64,000 bases of DNA from Tubiluchus corallicola. Its lineage: Eukaryota > Animalia > Priapulida. The notes beneath the pieces were generated by a model. The model made no database searches, was not told the DNA's origin, and saw nothing but the letters and a program-made list of their open reading frames with translations. Shown one piece after another: positions 1 through 14,400 of the stretch. Position 1 is the first letter of the stretch; each line of letters opens with the position of its first letter. Made by a program: the position numbers and the translations under genes. The DNA is taken from the NCBI GenBank assembly GCA_030141605.1, contig JAQGDQ010000126.1:186001-250000 (forward strand). The letters are read 5' to 3'.

Positions 1-245
1 GATCACATGTGGCAACTTCCTGATGTTAGAAATGACAATCATAATGTTGTTAATGATGTAATCCATGATATGATATTGATGTTGCAAATAATTCAGACGT
101 AGATGATTTTGTTGAATCTGATGAAGAAAGTAGTGACAGCAGTGATTCTGAATTTGATGTTGAGTTAGGACGCTCGTCTAATGTGCCAGCTTATTATACT
201 CGTTCAGGGAGAAAGTCTGTTCCTCCTAAGATTTTAGATGTTTAG
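1..245 (+). pseudogene. Frameshifted C-terminal end of a Gypsy/Ty3 LTR-retrotransposon pol, truncated by the window edge
   Basis: Reads DHMW, then a frameshift, then an acidic stretch ending YYTRSGRKSVPPKILDV* (TAG at 243-245). TRSGRxxxPPxxLD* is the typical post-integrase tail of invertebrate Gypsy elements. Confidence 0.6.
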
Positions 246-656
246 ATTACATTTAGCATTATAGTTAAAAGTTTCATGCCTTAATTTTGAAAAATTGTAT
301 GTTTAGACGGCTTATATACTTTCATCAGAGTTGTACTGCTTCAGGGTACAACTCATCAAGAGGGTTTTGCAATGCAAGTGTGAAACACTAGATCTTAGAG
401 TTTACTACATAATATAGTGTTAGCTATGCTTTTGTATTTAGTATTGGTTGACAAGGTTAATTAAGAGCATATTGGCAGCAGTATGTAATAGTGTGAATGG
501 AGCTTTGTTAATAACCTTGTTATAGTTTCAAAATTTGTGCAATTGCAAGTTGCTTCTTAGTTTGTTTGAGGCAGTTAGAATAGTAACTGTAGCATTGACT
601 AATTGTGCTTAACTTGTACAGATTGCCTTTTTAAGGTTTTTATAAGTTCGGGAGAA

Positions 657-1049
657 TGTAAAGGCAATTGGTAGAACGGAGCTGATTTGTGCAATGAGGA
701 GACCTCGTGCAAAATGGCGTAATTTTATAGCAAAGTAATTTCGTGAGAGGATCCAATTTATGTCTTGGTTGCTTGCAAACAATTGTCTTTATTTAATAAA
801 GAACCATAACACCTGCATTAAAAAGTATAATGTATGTGCAATGTCTGATTGATAAAAAAAACTGGCTGACCTTGAAACGACAAATTTGGTGAAATGAGGA
901 TTATGAGGAGTATATGTGCTGTGGTGAAGTTGTATAAGGACGTGCATTGACTTTGTATGTTGGAAAGGATTATAAACAAAGATAGAACGAACAGCAAAGC
1001 ATTTCAACTTCTTTCCTCACTACCTAGTAGCAAAACCATCTTATCTACG
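657..1049 (+). mobile_element. Probable 3' LTR of the Gypsy element
   Basis: Purine tract GGGAGAA lies directly before TGTAAAGG at 657, about 400 nt downstream of the pol stop. Internal TATAA motifs are present. It ends near ...TTATCTACG (CA end not intact, so the right boundary is approximate). Confidence 0.45.
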
Positions 1050-3052
1050 TTGCCACTATTATTTTAGTTTGTAAACTGTGACTTAGAAGCCGCAACTGCA
1101 TTGGAAGGCTCGACAAGCTTCGCGCTGAACTTGAAATTGTTGATGCAACTTTCTGAATTTTTGCGGGCTTATTGCATTGTTGCAAGACTGAAACATATTT
1201 CTCTGTACAGTGATAATCATTAATAAAAACTGACACGCACGAAAGACATGCGATGCGGTACCGAACGTTTGTTGCAAACTTGCATTAACTCCGGAAATGT
1301 TGACCTATGCACTATACAATTTTAACAAAACCTGAGTTTTTAGTGTGTTTTATATTCTCGCGCAATTAATTTGTTATACGTTATGTGAAACTATTCATGC
1401 GTGTCATTTAATTTTTTAAATATTTACGCCGTATGCCACCTTCGAGCTCGAACACGAGCAGTGAGGTTGTGCACTGCCTAGGGTTCCTAATCTAATGCAA
1501 AAGAAAAAGCTTGAATAGAATACCTTCAGTACAATTATAGTAGTTACACTTATTATTAGGCCTTTTATAGAAAGCCTATATGCATACCCATAATTATATA
1601 ACCAAAACGGTAGATTTTTCGTACACCTAACTGGAATTTTCTTGTAGTAATGATTCAAGTTGACACCGTCCTGTACATTAAAAACAAATTTTACCTATTC
1701 AAGTACAAGAGAATGTTATTTTAAACGTACAACAAAATTAATGGTCATTTTAAATGAACAGTTAACGAAAACTGTCTTTACTATACTTATAGATGTAATT
1801 TCGAAAAAAACGAAGTAGATTTTATGCACACTACTTTTTACATGTAAAGCAAATTTGTCTTACCATCCATTTTGTAAGTGTCGAGATACAGCTAACATGA
1901 AAACGCGTATTCCACATAGAGGAAGAATGTATTATGGCAAACATCCGTCATACAGCTGTTGTATTGTTAATGTTTTGCACAGGTAACACAGATGTTCAGT
2001 TGCTGGGCTTCACTTAGAGGCTGTACAATGTGTCGATGTCCAGCTATAAGAGCAGCTACCTGGAACTAATAATTATTTATGGGGAAGTGAGTTGTGCGCT
2101 TTAACATAGTGTGTTTTAATGGGTGTCAGAGTGTACTGTAACAGTCAAGTCCAAATTCTGGTGATATAACGCAAAACAATTATGAACAAAGAAGGGACAG
2201 AAATTATAAACTATTTTTTGTCACTAAATTATTATTATTATTAATTTTGAAATTGCAGTACAATTTTCACTTTTCAGTCAAACACCTCAACGTTTAAATC
2301 TTTTGAAATTAGGCTTAAACTGCCTCTTTTAGTTCTTCGTTGTAGTTATCTTCAACTAAACTTTTCTATTCGAATAAGCTAGTCCAATATAGAATAACAA
2401 AACACGTCTGCATATTGACGCCGTAATTTGACTGATACCCCTTGCTGAATTGTTTCTCAGAATTTGACGCAGTGAAGTTTGATGTCATCTAAACACCGAT
2501 CAGTTTTTAGACTGAAAGTTTTTGTTTGTCAGTTTAAAAACTGAAAACATTCTTTGGAATATAGAGCCGTGCAGACAGCTTTGTCAGCATTTCAAAATTG
2601 AAGAGATTGCCCCTTCAATATGCAAGCTAACTGATAATGAAACCTGATTGTGTAGACAGAAGTCATTTTTTAAATGTCATTCTTTTGAACGACCGTGTGG
2701 ACGGCCTATAAACAGTCATCGTCATCGAGATAGGTGCTTCCTATGAATTGACATGTTGGTGTTTTGCTGATACATATGTGGCTTCAGCCTAGCTTTCTAT
2801 GATTATAATTCTTAAGAAAAAACTTAATGCATAAACATGAATATTATAAAAAATAGTCTTAATAATTTTTGATTTACACAAATCGATCATCTATACTGTA
2901 TCAGCGTATATACGAACTTTTAGCATAATATTTGTTAGCATTGCTAAACCCTGTTAGCAATCTTTAACCTGTGCGGACAAACAAGTACACTCATTTTTAA
3001 CTTGTTTAACATTGTTAGTATGACGATACCAATTAATTTTACCTATCTTTAG

Positions 3053-3960
3053 TTAATAATTAATAATAATAATAATTTATTGAATATTTTTAATGCATTT
3101 TACACGATGATCAAATGTATCTTACAAATAAAAGATCATCAAAATGACTAAAAAAATTAATCCATAAGATATTTAAGACAACAGTGATTAATTGAAAGTA
3201 CACTAAATTTGACAAAAAAGGAAAAACAATAAAAACACAGAAAATTTAGTAAAATAATAAAAGCAATGCCATAAAACATATACATTCGTAAAAAATACGA
3301 GATTAGCTCAACCACAGGAGGCTTCTTTAAAATAGTAGGTTTCACACTTTTTAAAAATTATCAATCGACTTGATCAGGCATAACTGCAGGGGCAAAGAAT
3401 TCCACAATTTGCGGGCACCAGACTGAATGATTTATCACCGCATGTGACTAGTCTGGTACGTGGGACTTCATGGTTACTTCTGCTTGAGTTAGCTCTGCGA
3501 GGGACATATAGTTTAAGAAGGTTTGATATGCAAGTAAGGGCCAGACTATTGATTGCTTTGTAAGTTATCAAATTTATTTTAAATTTAATTCTGTACGCAA
3601 CCAGCGCAGTTCGCTGAGCATTTGAGTGATATGGTCAGATTTCCGATAGCGAGTGATTAACCTAGTAGCTGATTATGTACGTGTTGAAGCTTTTGAATTT
3701 GGTAAAGTGGAAGACCATATAATAAACGACATCCAGTCGGAAGCTTACAAAAACATGCACTAGGATTTCACAAGTATCTTTTGAGAGAAATGTTCTAAGT
3801 TTTGATATATTTCGCAGATAAAAATATGAAGATTTACAAACACTGTTAACGAGAAGGGCCATTAATAGACAATCGTCCATAATTACAAAAAAGGTTCCTA
3901 ACATTAGTAGATATCTCGGTATGATTATTGCCAACCACAATGGAGAATTGACTAATTTTT
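3053..3960 (-). mobile_element. Degenerate 3' fragment of an L2-clade LINE ORF2 with 3' tail
   Basis: Minus-strand peptides VCKSSYFYLRNISKLRTFLSKDTCEILVHVFVSFRLD and ITYKAINSLA...YVPRR...VPRTRLVTCGDKSFS match the L2 ORF2 C-terminus. AATAAA and a (TTA)n tail lie at about 3080-3053. Confidence 0.8.
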
Positions 3961-5343
3961 GATGCAGACTTCTAAAAAATAATAATTACAGACAATCCTG
4001 AGTGCCATTGTTCTAGCTATTAACCTTATTTAGTGTTTAGCGCTGTTAGAACCGCAAAAATATTTTTATTCTTTAGCCGCATAGTCCTTGCATGTAAAGG
4101 TGATTTCGATTCTATAAGATGTCTAGCACTGCTAAAGTTTAGAGAAAAGAACAAACAACATAAATTAAGTCATGCGACAAAAAGTAACTTGAATTAGAAA
4201 ACAGAAAATCAAAAAATATAATTTTCTGTTGTGTCCCAGAATGTACGTACTGTGAATTGTCCCAATGATGTCATATTTCTGTGCTGCGTTTTTATTTGCT
4301 GTCCTGTTTTTTCCATGCTCTTGTATGGATCCTGTCTGGGTGCAATAATTAATGCTCTACGCGACGTGTAATAAGTAATACGACTGTATCGCATACCTAC
4401 TTTCAGTTCGCTTTTGCTTAATTTTTTCTGCTTTGAGTTTACTTTTGTTGTGATTTTGCTGGATATAATTCCTTTTGCTTTAAGGTGACGTTTGTTTGCT
4501 TTTTTTATTTATACAGTTTGCTCATAGTTTTGTGTGATCTGTAAGCTGTAATATGCACACGATATGCTTACATTGCCCATTTCTTGTTAGGTCATCTTAT
4601 GCTTTGCTTTTAATTTGTTGTGAGGTATTTTGTGCTTATTTCAGAGTTGATCTTTGAGTTGTTTTTTTCAACGCGAGATGCAGTACGTATATGTTTGTTG
4701 ATTTGCTATTTACATTGCTTCTTGAAGATTACTGTTTTTGTTTTTATTTTAAATTCATGAATGAAAGTATAATTATTATTAATAATTATTACCCTAATGG
4801 TAACCTAGTATTTCAATTCTTAATGTGCTTGCTGTTTATAATGTTGCTTCTCTATTATCTAACATTTTCACCAAAAAAAAACTGTTCACAATATATTGCT
4901 CGTAACATGCTAAATTTATTTTAATACTGTATTTTTTTTTCGTACAATAATCACCCAAAAACCTTTCTGCACCTGCAAATGAACTTTTGTTGTTAGAAAG
5001 TGGCAGCTGATTAAGTGACCAACAGATCTTTAGCTACTTTTTCTCAATTATGTTTAAATTGTCATTATTGTTCTTAAATTATTGAATTGAGTAATTAAAA
5101 CAACTGAGTTCAATTAGGCGGAGCATTAATTTCGAAAAAAGGTAGTAGTATATTTCCATGTAGTTTAATAATTATTATTAGCGCTTAACATCATGTGACT
5201 TATTTCTTTATTAATTTGTGAAACGAATTTCTTTACAATCACACCAGTCACCTTCGAACCCAGCTGTCATGGTCTTTCCAAACTTCGTGGTGGCTTACTT
5301 TCAGTGGTGCCTCAATTTTTATTAGACAACGCGCGCGGCAAGC

Positions 5344-5439
5344 ATGGCAGCGCACGTGCAAGATGAACTTGATGAGGAAAATGAATCGGAACCCGTGGCT
5401 TTTGAAGACTACTATACATTTTTGAATGTTCCCCGTAAT
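5344..5439 (+). CDS. DNAJC11: DNAJC11 coding exon 1
   Basis: aagcATGG start; [32 protein letters not shown]; donor GTAAGT at 5440. Confidence 0.93.
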
Positions 5440-8400
5440 GTAAGTATTTTACAGTATTTCTCTGTTAAAGCACAGGACAGTGTTCGTTTCAATGAAATTC
5501 ATTACTGCTTTACTCTGTGGACTCAAATTATTTTTCTAAACTGCAACTGGTAATTTTTATTATAGTTAACAATATCAGCATTATCATAGCTACATCAAAA
5601 TTTCTCTTTTCCCTTTCTCTCTCCTTTTTTACACACAATATATAAATAGCATTGATATAATTTTAAGTAAGATTTAGCATACTTACAATGGACATGTACA
5701 TGCCGCTCAATTAGTTAGTAATATGTACAGATTAACAAAAAACAAAACCACAAAAAAACAAGTTACACAGTAAATATAAGAATGCAAAATAAGCCTATTA
5801 TTAGTGCCTATGAGAACTTAACGCACACATATATGATTTACTATACATATCAGTGCTTCTCTGCAGAAAGAAGAATAATCTTTCCTTTCTAACACATAAA
5901 GTACATCATTTAACAAAACAGTTAATACTGTTCAGTATTCATTAATGTAGAAAGCTGTTTCTCTTATTGTTTTCTGGATATAATTCTGGTAATAATTGCT
6001 AACTTTATTATTAGGTTACTTAAATAAAAGTATCATATTGGACTGCTCTCCGCTTTTAGTGGAGGCAGAACAGATGGCACCACGGCCTACACCGTGCGGC
6101 ATGACTCAAAGACAAAAACCAAAATGAATAAAATAAAAATGACGATTTATTACCCAAACAAAATAAATGTTCCAGACAGCTTACCGAATGGAGCAACAGA
6201 AAGCCTGATGAAGTGCGAACAGAGCTGAGATGAGATGAGACGCCCACTGACCACTGACCACTGACCAGGATCTACAGCAGACCTACCCTTTTTATAAGCT
6301 CAGGTGTGCACGTGACTAGTGGCTCCCACTAACACAAGGTCAGAATAAGCGTCTATGTGCTAGTTAAAGCCACGTTCACACGCACACTTGAGAAGTCTGC
6401 TGTATTCTCCTGCCAGTATTACACTATCTCATCACAGCCCTGCAGTACAATATGTTATGTCTTAAAATAGGGTTGCCAGAAAACATAGCTTGTTAGGCAA
6501 AAAAATTGACAATACAATTATTGCTGTTCATACATGCATTGTAAAATAACAAATCGCGATTCAAATATGTAAGACCACTGGGATGTGCAAGACCACTTAC
6601 ATAAGCCAAAAGATATCTGTGGGTCATGTTGAGCAGTTACCATAGTTTTCTGACTCCAATATTCCAAGCAGTATTCAGACTGTCAATGCTTTTTGTTCCA
6701 AGTTTCCAAATCTCAGCGCCATAAAAACGATGACAATAACAGCCAAAATTGTTGATTTTAGGCACTGCCAGAATTGGGCATTGCCAAAATTCCACAGCTG
6801 TTACAATTGAGTTCCACCAAGATTAAGCACTATACTGAAAGAGTGTAGATTTGAAAGACTGAAAAATTTTTCATTATCTTTCTTGATTGTTTTCAATATT
6901 ATTATGAAATACGAATTATCCTTCACAATAAATGCCCATTTATTTGTTTCTGATTTTATTTTTTAATACACCACATTACATAAAATAAAGCAACCAGATC
7001 TAGTTGTTGGCTTATGCTAAATCAGGTAAGTTATTGACTCACACATCTTGTCAAAAAATGGATTATGGCAAAATGCCTTACCATTTACACAGAGTAAGGA
7101 GCATAACACAGACTACGTCAAACAGATTGAGTGGCATTTACATAGCATCCAGAATGCTTATGCGTTATGGGGGTGAGGAATAGATAAAATCGGTTTATAT
7201 TATTTCAATGCACCCATTTGTCAGACCTGCATTATGCATTATTTTTTCTGCAGCTGTTTCCTATTAATTTTTTATTCGCAGTGTGGATGACGGTATACGT
7301 ATTTCCGATGCTAGGTAAACGCCTCTTAATGAAAGATGGAAGATGTCTCATGGCTTACACATTATGGATTATGGCTTGCTCCTTACACCTTTCTCTGTGT
7401 GACACGGGCCTAATAATGAAAAAAAATAATGAAATTGAACATTATGCATACACAGTAAAACTTTGAAAAAACAATCACTCACTGGAGGAGTATGTGGATT
7501 GTGTCGTATGGCACATCACCAGCAGTATTGCTGCTGTACAATAAAATGCCGGGTATTGTACTGGATGCCGGATGTGAGTGTAAATACTGTGAAGCTACCT
7601 GTAATTTTAAGTAGCTTTATAGGTTTGGTGCTTATACAAATCTGTATAATGAGGACATAAATTTTACAGTCATAAGTGTAATGGCAAAATAAAAACTAAA
7701 TTTAAATTAAAAGTAACACAAAGTACAGTACACAATAAAAATGCTCAACTAGATACACAAAACTAAACTTGGTGTGATATAGCATGATTTGATGTTGTAA
7801 TGAGGTGTACCAGTATTAAATTTTGCCGTAGAGGCATAGATGAATCACAAAACAGTCAGATATGTATCTTCAGGTTAGGTGCCTATATTTCCTAATTGAA
7901 TTAAATGAAAATTGTGATTTAGTCGTTTTGTGAATTAACCAAATAAAAAATTATATTATGATAACGATTTTTATTAGTTAAAAACTTTTGTCTACAAAGC
8001 ATAGTAAATCTGTACTGAAGTTATGCCATGCACAGTTAAAATTGAGTTAAATGCTATAATAACTAGTGTAGTGTAGTGTGTATAGTATGTAACACTATTT
8101 ATAGTATGCAACACTATAGTATTAGCAAAATTTAAAGTGCCAATTAAGTGCAAAAAGCTATTATTGATATGCTGGTGTTTAGCAAGTTTTACAAATTTAA
8201 ATTGTAATATGTGGTTGCAACAGTATTAAAGATTTTTCAACAGTGATTCTTTTTTGTTCTATGGAAAGGTCTTCATTGTCAATGTGAAACTATACTGCTA
8301 GTCTTTTAAACAAACTTACTGCATATTCGTCAGTGAAATTACTCTAAATTTTTGAAATTTTATGTTTCTAGGCTACTTCTGAGGAAATAAATGCTGCTTT

Positions 8401-11400
8401 TAGACGTGCTAGTCGCTTATATCATCCAGATAAACATCTCCATCAGGCTGACAAAAGCAAAGCTGTGTTGTTGTTCACTAAGGTGAATCGCCTTTGTTTT
8501 GAAAATAATAAGTAATAATATTTATGCTAATATATGCTAATATGCTAATAAGTAACAATATTTTAATTTGGGTGTGATCCACTGTTGAATTTAGTTCTAA
8601 AATTTCAAGAGTAGCATTTACTCCTTTAACCTGGCAGAATCATCATTTCTCTCCAAGTGCATCCAGTGCAGTTGTTCTTTGTCCATTGTTAGATAATGAC
8701 GAATAAGATAACGGCTTGTGTATGGAGCCATCTGGTGGCTGTGCAAAATGAGCAGACAAAATTATTGTTATTTGCAATATACTTTTTCCTAAACTGTTAC
8801 TTATTTGCCCTGAAATGTTTTGTTCGAGTATAACACAATATGTACAGTAAGCTATCGCTGATTTTTGAAGTTCAATAGTTTAAGCGAATGCATCAAATTT
8901 TCCAATTTTGAGGAGAACTTTTAGGTGAACTTTTAGGTGATTTAAATGTCGCCAACGAAAGCAAATGTGTGTAATATTGAATTAAGTTTGCATTCATGAC
9001 TACAAAATGAACGTGGAAATTTAGTCATTAAAACTTACAAATATTTTTCAAAAGATATCTATATATATAAAAATTAAATAGCCTAATTATATCTCTTGTA
9101 GGCCTTCCTTGCAATCAATTGGGAGTTTTTAACTGTTATCGGTAGCCCTTAAAATATCCTGCCATTGCTGGTCCATATGTGAGCAAACTTGTGTTCTTTT
9201 TTGTAGTTGTGAGCAACCAAAAGAACTCACGTCTTTTCGGTGTTAATGATTCGTTGAGAAAGAAAAATTTGGTTGTCCATGTATCGGGAATAATCCAAGT
9301 TAGTTGTGTTCCCCGAATTTTTGCGTTCTCTGTACATAGGCATCTCTCTTGTCTCGCTGCGTAAATTTAACGATAATTCTAGGATGGCTTTTTTTGGTTT
9401 GGGAAGCCTTTGTGAAATACTGATGTTGTCGGTTGTAAGGGCAATTCCTATGTTGGGGGCGGCACTGAGAACAATTGCATTGGTGTTTTCGTGTTCAATA
9501 ACAGGAATGCTGGAAATCTCAAGGCAGCCTCTACGACTGTATTGATCAAGCTTATCAATCTCGTCTGCATTCGTCTGTGCCTGTTTATGTAGCTCATCGA
9601 CTGTTGTTTTGAGGGAATGGCTTTCGGTTTGTAGTTTTGCAATATCCTGCTTTGCCTTGTTCAGCTCAGTTTTAAACTGTCAAACATAGCTGAAATGGCT
9701 TCCTGAGACTGGGTGATAGCATTCATTTCCTGATCAATTTTTGTAACCTTTGCGCTTAACATCTGATTATCAGTTCAGTGAGTCACATGGTCATGGCTTG
9801 TATTCCTTGTCGTCGATGTACAGCTTGCCCAACAAGCTGCTAAATTTCACTTTCCTCCCAGCCTTAAAAGCTACCTCCATTGCAGGCTTCAGTTTCTTCT
9901 TCTGTTCATAGTCGTATTTAGTGAAGTCATCCTGGAGATAACTTTTGGGTTGTGACACTAATTCTTTCTTTGAGGTCATGACAATTTCAGACTGTTTTAT
10001 GCGACTATAACAGCGCACTATTATAGGACCACTGTTTATTTTCAATCGGCTGGTTTATGAAGTGTGTGTTAGACATGTGCATTTATCATTACTAATTTGC
10101 TACTAGCATAGGTGTCAGTTAATTTACACGTTAAGCTTGATGGTACAGTTTCATCATACAGGCCAGTCAGAAAAGCGTTTTAATGATGTGGGATTCTTTT
10201 CGTACAAGCACTGATGTGGTTAAGAAACAATTCCTCACTGTGTATAATGGATTAGATACATATTCAATATGTTCTTTCGGGGTATGACCCAGTAGACAGT
10301 CTCACGGCCGGCCATCAGTGATGCGAGTAAGCACTGCATAACGGACACCCAAGAATATTGAAGAAAGAAACAACAGAACCAAAACTTAGAAATTAAAAGG
10401 GTCAACTGGGAACAACAGCAACAAAAAAACCTGATGACAATGCTTCATATCTTGACTGGACCAACGACACTCAGCAGGCAGATAGGAGATGTGCATACGA
10501 CAACAGAACACAGGCAACTGACGATGTCATGCGCTCGTTTTTTCTACAGGAATCGACTGCTTATCGCAGGTTATGTTATGGGCTTCCTAGTTTAAAGTGG
10601 CGGTCATAACATTACCCGTAGGTTGGTTGGCCTGGTGCCCATGAATAAATGCAATGCACATTCACTTGTTCAGCTCAATATATATGAATATGTAGTCATT
10701 CGCAAAAAACAAACATACCAATCAAATCTACCACCGCCCAGCAATAAATGGATTTTCATCATTGAGCAACTGCCATAATTGTTTTTTTACAGTTTTCTGT
10801 GAATTGAGCAAGAGAAAATTGCAGGAGTTTGCAAATTGCTTTACCCTTGTCTTAATACATCTGAACGTGCAACTTGGCTGCATCGTAATTAGATTAGATA
10901 TGAATGGAAAACCTTAAATGAGCTTTTACTAATTCTGAATTTAATGTGCAGAACATTGTAAACTGAGCTGTGATCACATATATCAAACTCATATAAATGC
11001 CATCAATAAATCAACAGAGCTACAAAGCATGGATGTCATATTGTGTCCACTTAATGAGGATATCATAAGCCAATTTTACCAGTGTGTTGATCACTACAGT
11101 ATGTATTTTCATAATCAGATCTTATTTTGGCTGTCAAGTATTGAGGTCCTACTTTGTTTAACACACACCACCTGTAATTGTAATTTTTGCCAACAAATTT
11201 ACAACACTAAATATATTGCGTATACAGTGATTCTCTATTGACATCAGGTATTGCACATCATAGATCGTATACCTCAAAGGAAAAAATTAGTTGCTTGTGT
11301 GAAGATTGAAAGCATGATGAAAATTAAGGTTTACTGATTAAGGATATAGCCTGCAAGCACCAAGATGAAACTAGACTAGATTACTAATTTACTAAGAGAC

Positions 11401-14400
11401 GGATCGATAACTGGAGGTATACTACAACACATTTTTTATTTATTTTCACACCTAGAGTGAGCAAACAACTGTCATCTTACAGTACTACATATTAGCATGA
11501 ATGCTGGTATATTTAACCTATTACAACTAGAAAGTCAACAGGTGCTAATGGCAAAAATTAATTGAATTTGCAATGTCGTTTAACTGTCCCTCACAATTGA
11601 CCGTGCATACAACCTAATTTCTTGTAGACAAGGACAATATTTTCTTCCTTTGGTGATTCCTCAGGGTGTTAGCTCAAATAGTTATTTACCAGTTTATGTT
11701 TTCAACAAAGTATATGTCCTTTTTGGTGGTCACATTACTTGAGGATCAGTAGACTGCAAGACCAAGACCACTAAGTACATGTACAAGCTGAACTGTAGGC
11801 CACTTGACCACAAACCTCAACATATATGTGCTAAACAAAATTTAATGAAGGAACTATATTGTAGGCAAAGAAAGCACATGAAGTTCTAAGTGATCCTCAT
11901 CAGCGAGCAATCTATGATGCACTTGGAATTAAAGGACTTGAGACAGAGGGTTGGGAGGTAAGGCATTTTTATTTCTTGCTTACAAATTAGTGGATAGGCC
12001 ACATATTTGTTGTAGATATTTTGCAAGGATGACAACATTTGATATTTCTGACATTTCAAACTGGACCGTTTCATGGTTTTGGTTATTTTTTTATCAAATA
12101 TAGCAATTTTTCGTCAAATATTTCATTAATGATAACATTATTGTAATGTTCTGCTTCCAACATCCACAGTGATTTAGTTTCTAGTGCATTTCGTTGTAGT
12201 ATCATTGGTAGGAAAACCTATATTCAAATGCTAATCTTGAACTAATTAAGAATTGGATTAATATTGCTAGATTTTTTTCATAATGCTTTGTCTTTATTAT
12301 GTGTGGATGCGCCCAAGTAAAATATGCAAAATAAAAAGCTAAATCGAGCATTACCTGGTGCGATAAACAATTTGATGGCCAAGATGGCATCCAGGATAAC
12401 AAAAAAACAGTAATTAATAGGTTCATCAGAACTATGGCAGTAAGCAAAAGCTATAATTGCATACGTGTAAGTATGAACAGGTAAAATAGGTCATGGAAGT
12501 CATGTGACTATACCTAAAGTTGGCTTCTGATATCTGATTGGCTGTAATGTATAACAAGGTTAAAAAAGGTTGAACTAATAAGAAATTTGAAAAATTTAAC
12601 TAAGTGTGGTCTAAACTAGCATTCACATTATGAATAGCTTAAATTGTATGCAATTATGTTATAGAGAATATATGTCATGTAATCTGTTAATAAACTATTA
12701 CTAATAGCCAACAGCAATGTCAATCCATGTTTTGTTAGTTCACTTCCAGCACTCTAATTTAAGCAAAAACTATAAATATGATGTATATTGGGTTTCCTGT
12801 CAATTTCCTGAGCAGATTGTACAGAGGACAAAGACACCATCAGAAATACGAGATGAATACGAACGATTGGCTAAAGAAAGGGAAGAGAAAAGGTTACAGC
12901 AAAGGACAAATCCTCAGGTAATATCAGCAGTTTAAAATTATATAAAGGAAAAAAAGTTTGTTTATTACAATTTATCTGGGCCTGTGTTTATCAAGATTTT
13001 TGACAGTTCTGTCTCTTATACATTTTATTTATGTGCTTTGCTATGGACAGCCAAGTGCAGCACAAAAAGTTACTTTAAAGAAATTATCTGCTTCATTGTC
13101 CCTATAAAATGAATAATTGAATAATGAATAATGTAATATTGTATCAAGATGTAATAATTGTATCAAGATGTAATGTAGAAAATTAAGTTTTTTTATTAAA
13201 TTTTACAGTTTGTGAAAGTTGTCTTTTCCTCGCTCATTTTGGTATTAACTCGAGTTTACTTATACCAGTTTTTATTTACTTGCTATTCTATGTAAGGGCT
13301 TGATTACTCTTCATTTATCTATTCAATTGAGATCAGTTTGTTTATCATTAGGAAGTAGGATAACATGGTGTACACATACCCATTTTATATATGCAAATTC
13401 TATAGGAACTCAAAAGTCAATTACTCTTTAATTTGTTATCACTTTTACTCTGATGACGTAAGCCTTATTGTAGTGTGACTGAGGGGACAGAGTTAAATTC
13501 TGAAGCAAGTAGCTTTAATATACTGTGGTAGGAAGTTATCTTTGGGAATATTTTGTTTAGGGTACGTTTGTGGTTGGTGTCGATGCTACAGACATTTTTG
13601 AGAGGTATATTCCTACTGATGAAGATTATATGCCTGGATATAGGTAATAATTTTATGTGAATAGGACAGTTATCATGTTTAATGAGTTAACAAAGATTTT
13701 TATTGATTTGATTGATGGCTTTATACTCTGTTAGAGGGAAAAGTTTGTCGATACAAATGAGCTCAGTAACTTAATATTTGTGTTAGGGTATAATTTGTGT
13801 TTCGTCTTGTATTGTTTAAGGTATAGGTTTTGAAATAGTTTTGTCATGAAAGAGTCTCACACTTCTAGTACATCAATATGTTTTTTTCATTTGCTTCTGA
13901 TGTTCAGAAACCTCCATCACTTGGTAGTACTTCATATTTTGAAAAAATTTTATGATTTTATGCCGTGTAGACTAAATGATGATGTTTGTTGTATTATTTT
14001 CTGCGCTAGTATAAGATCTTTGCTGTCAGTGTGCTGCAAAAATATTTATTGATTTTTATAAAAGCTTTTTACTTGCAATTAGTACTTTTATTTTTGCACA
14101 AAGCAATAAAAAATAATAAAAAACTATGCAAGAGACAGTTGTTAAAAATACAATGTTTAATCCCGTGGGACTTAATGAAAAATTAAAAAAGCAAATTAGC
14201 TCAGTAATAATATTTTAATTCATTTATTTGCTACAATTTTGTATTTTTAGTGGCTTTCCGAATGTAGAGGTTAATCAAATGAGCCTTTTGCAATCAATAG
14301 ATGTGCCAATGTCATCAAAAGACACGGCTACAATACAAGGTAGCTTATCTGTTCAAAATGGTAACGGACAAGGATCAATTGGTACTGTTCTTAGGCGAAT

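Noticed and set aside
1420-1490. tRNA gene (GTTCGA B-box-like motif on the minus strand)
   Set aside because: No cloverleaf or A-box; at most a decayed SINE head.
8725-8739. CTCF-like motif (CCACCAGATGGC on the minus strand)
   Set aside because: A single short match in probable repeat-derived intron sequence; function cannot be supported.
12810-12815. GAGCAG tandem (NAGNAG) acceptor at DNAJC11 exon 4
   Set aside because: GAG is a poor acceptor, and homology fits use of the CAG.
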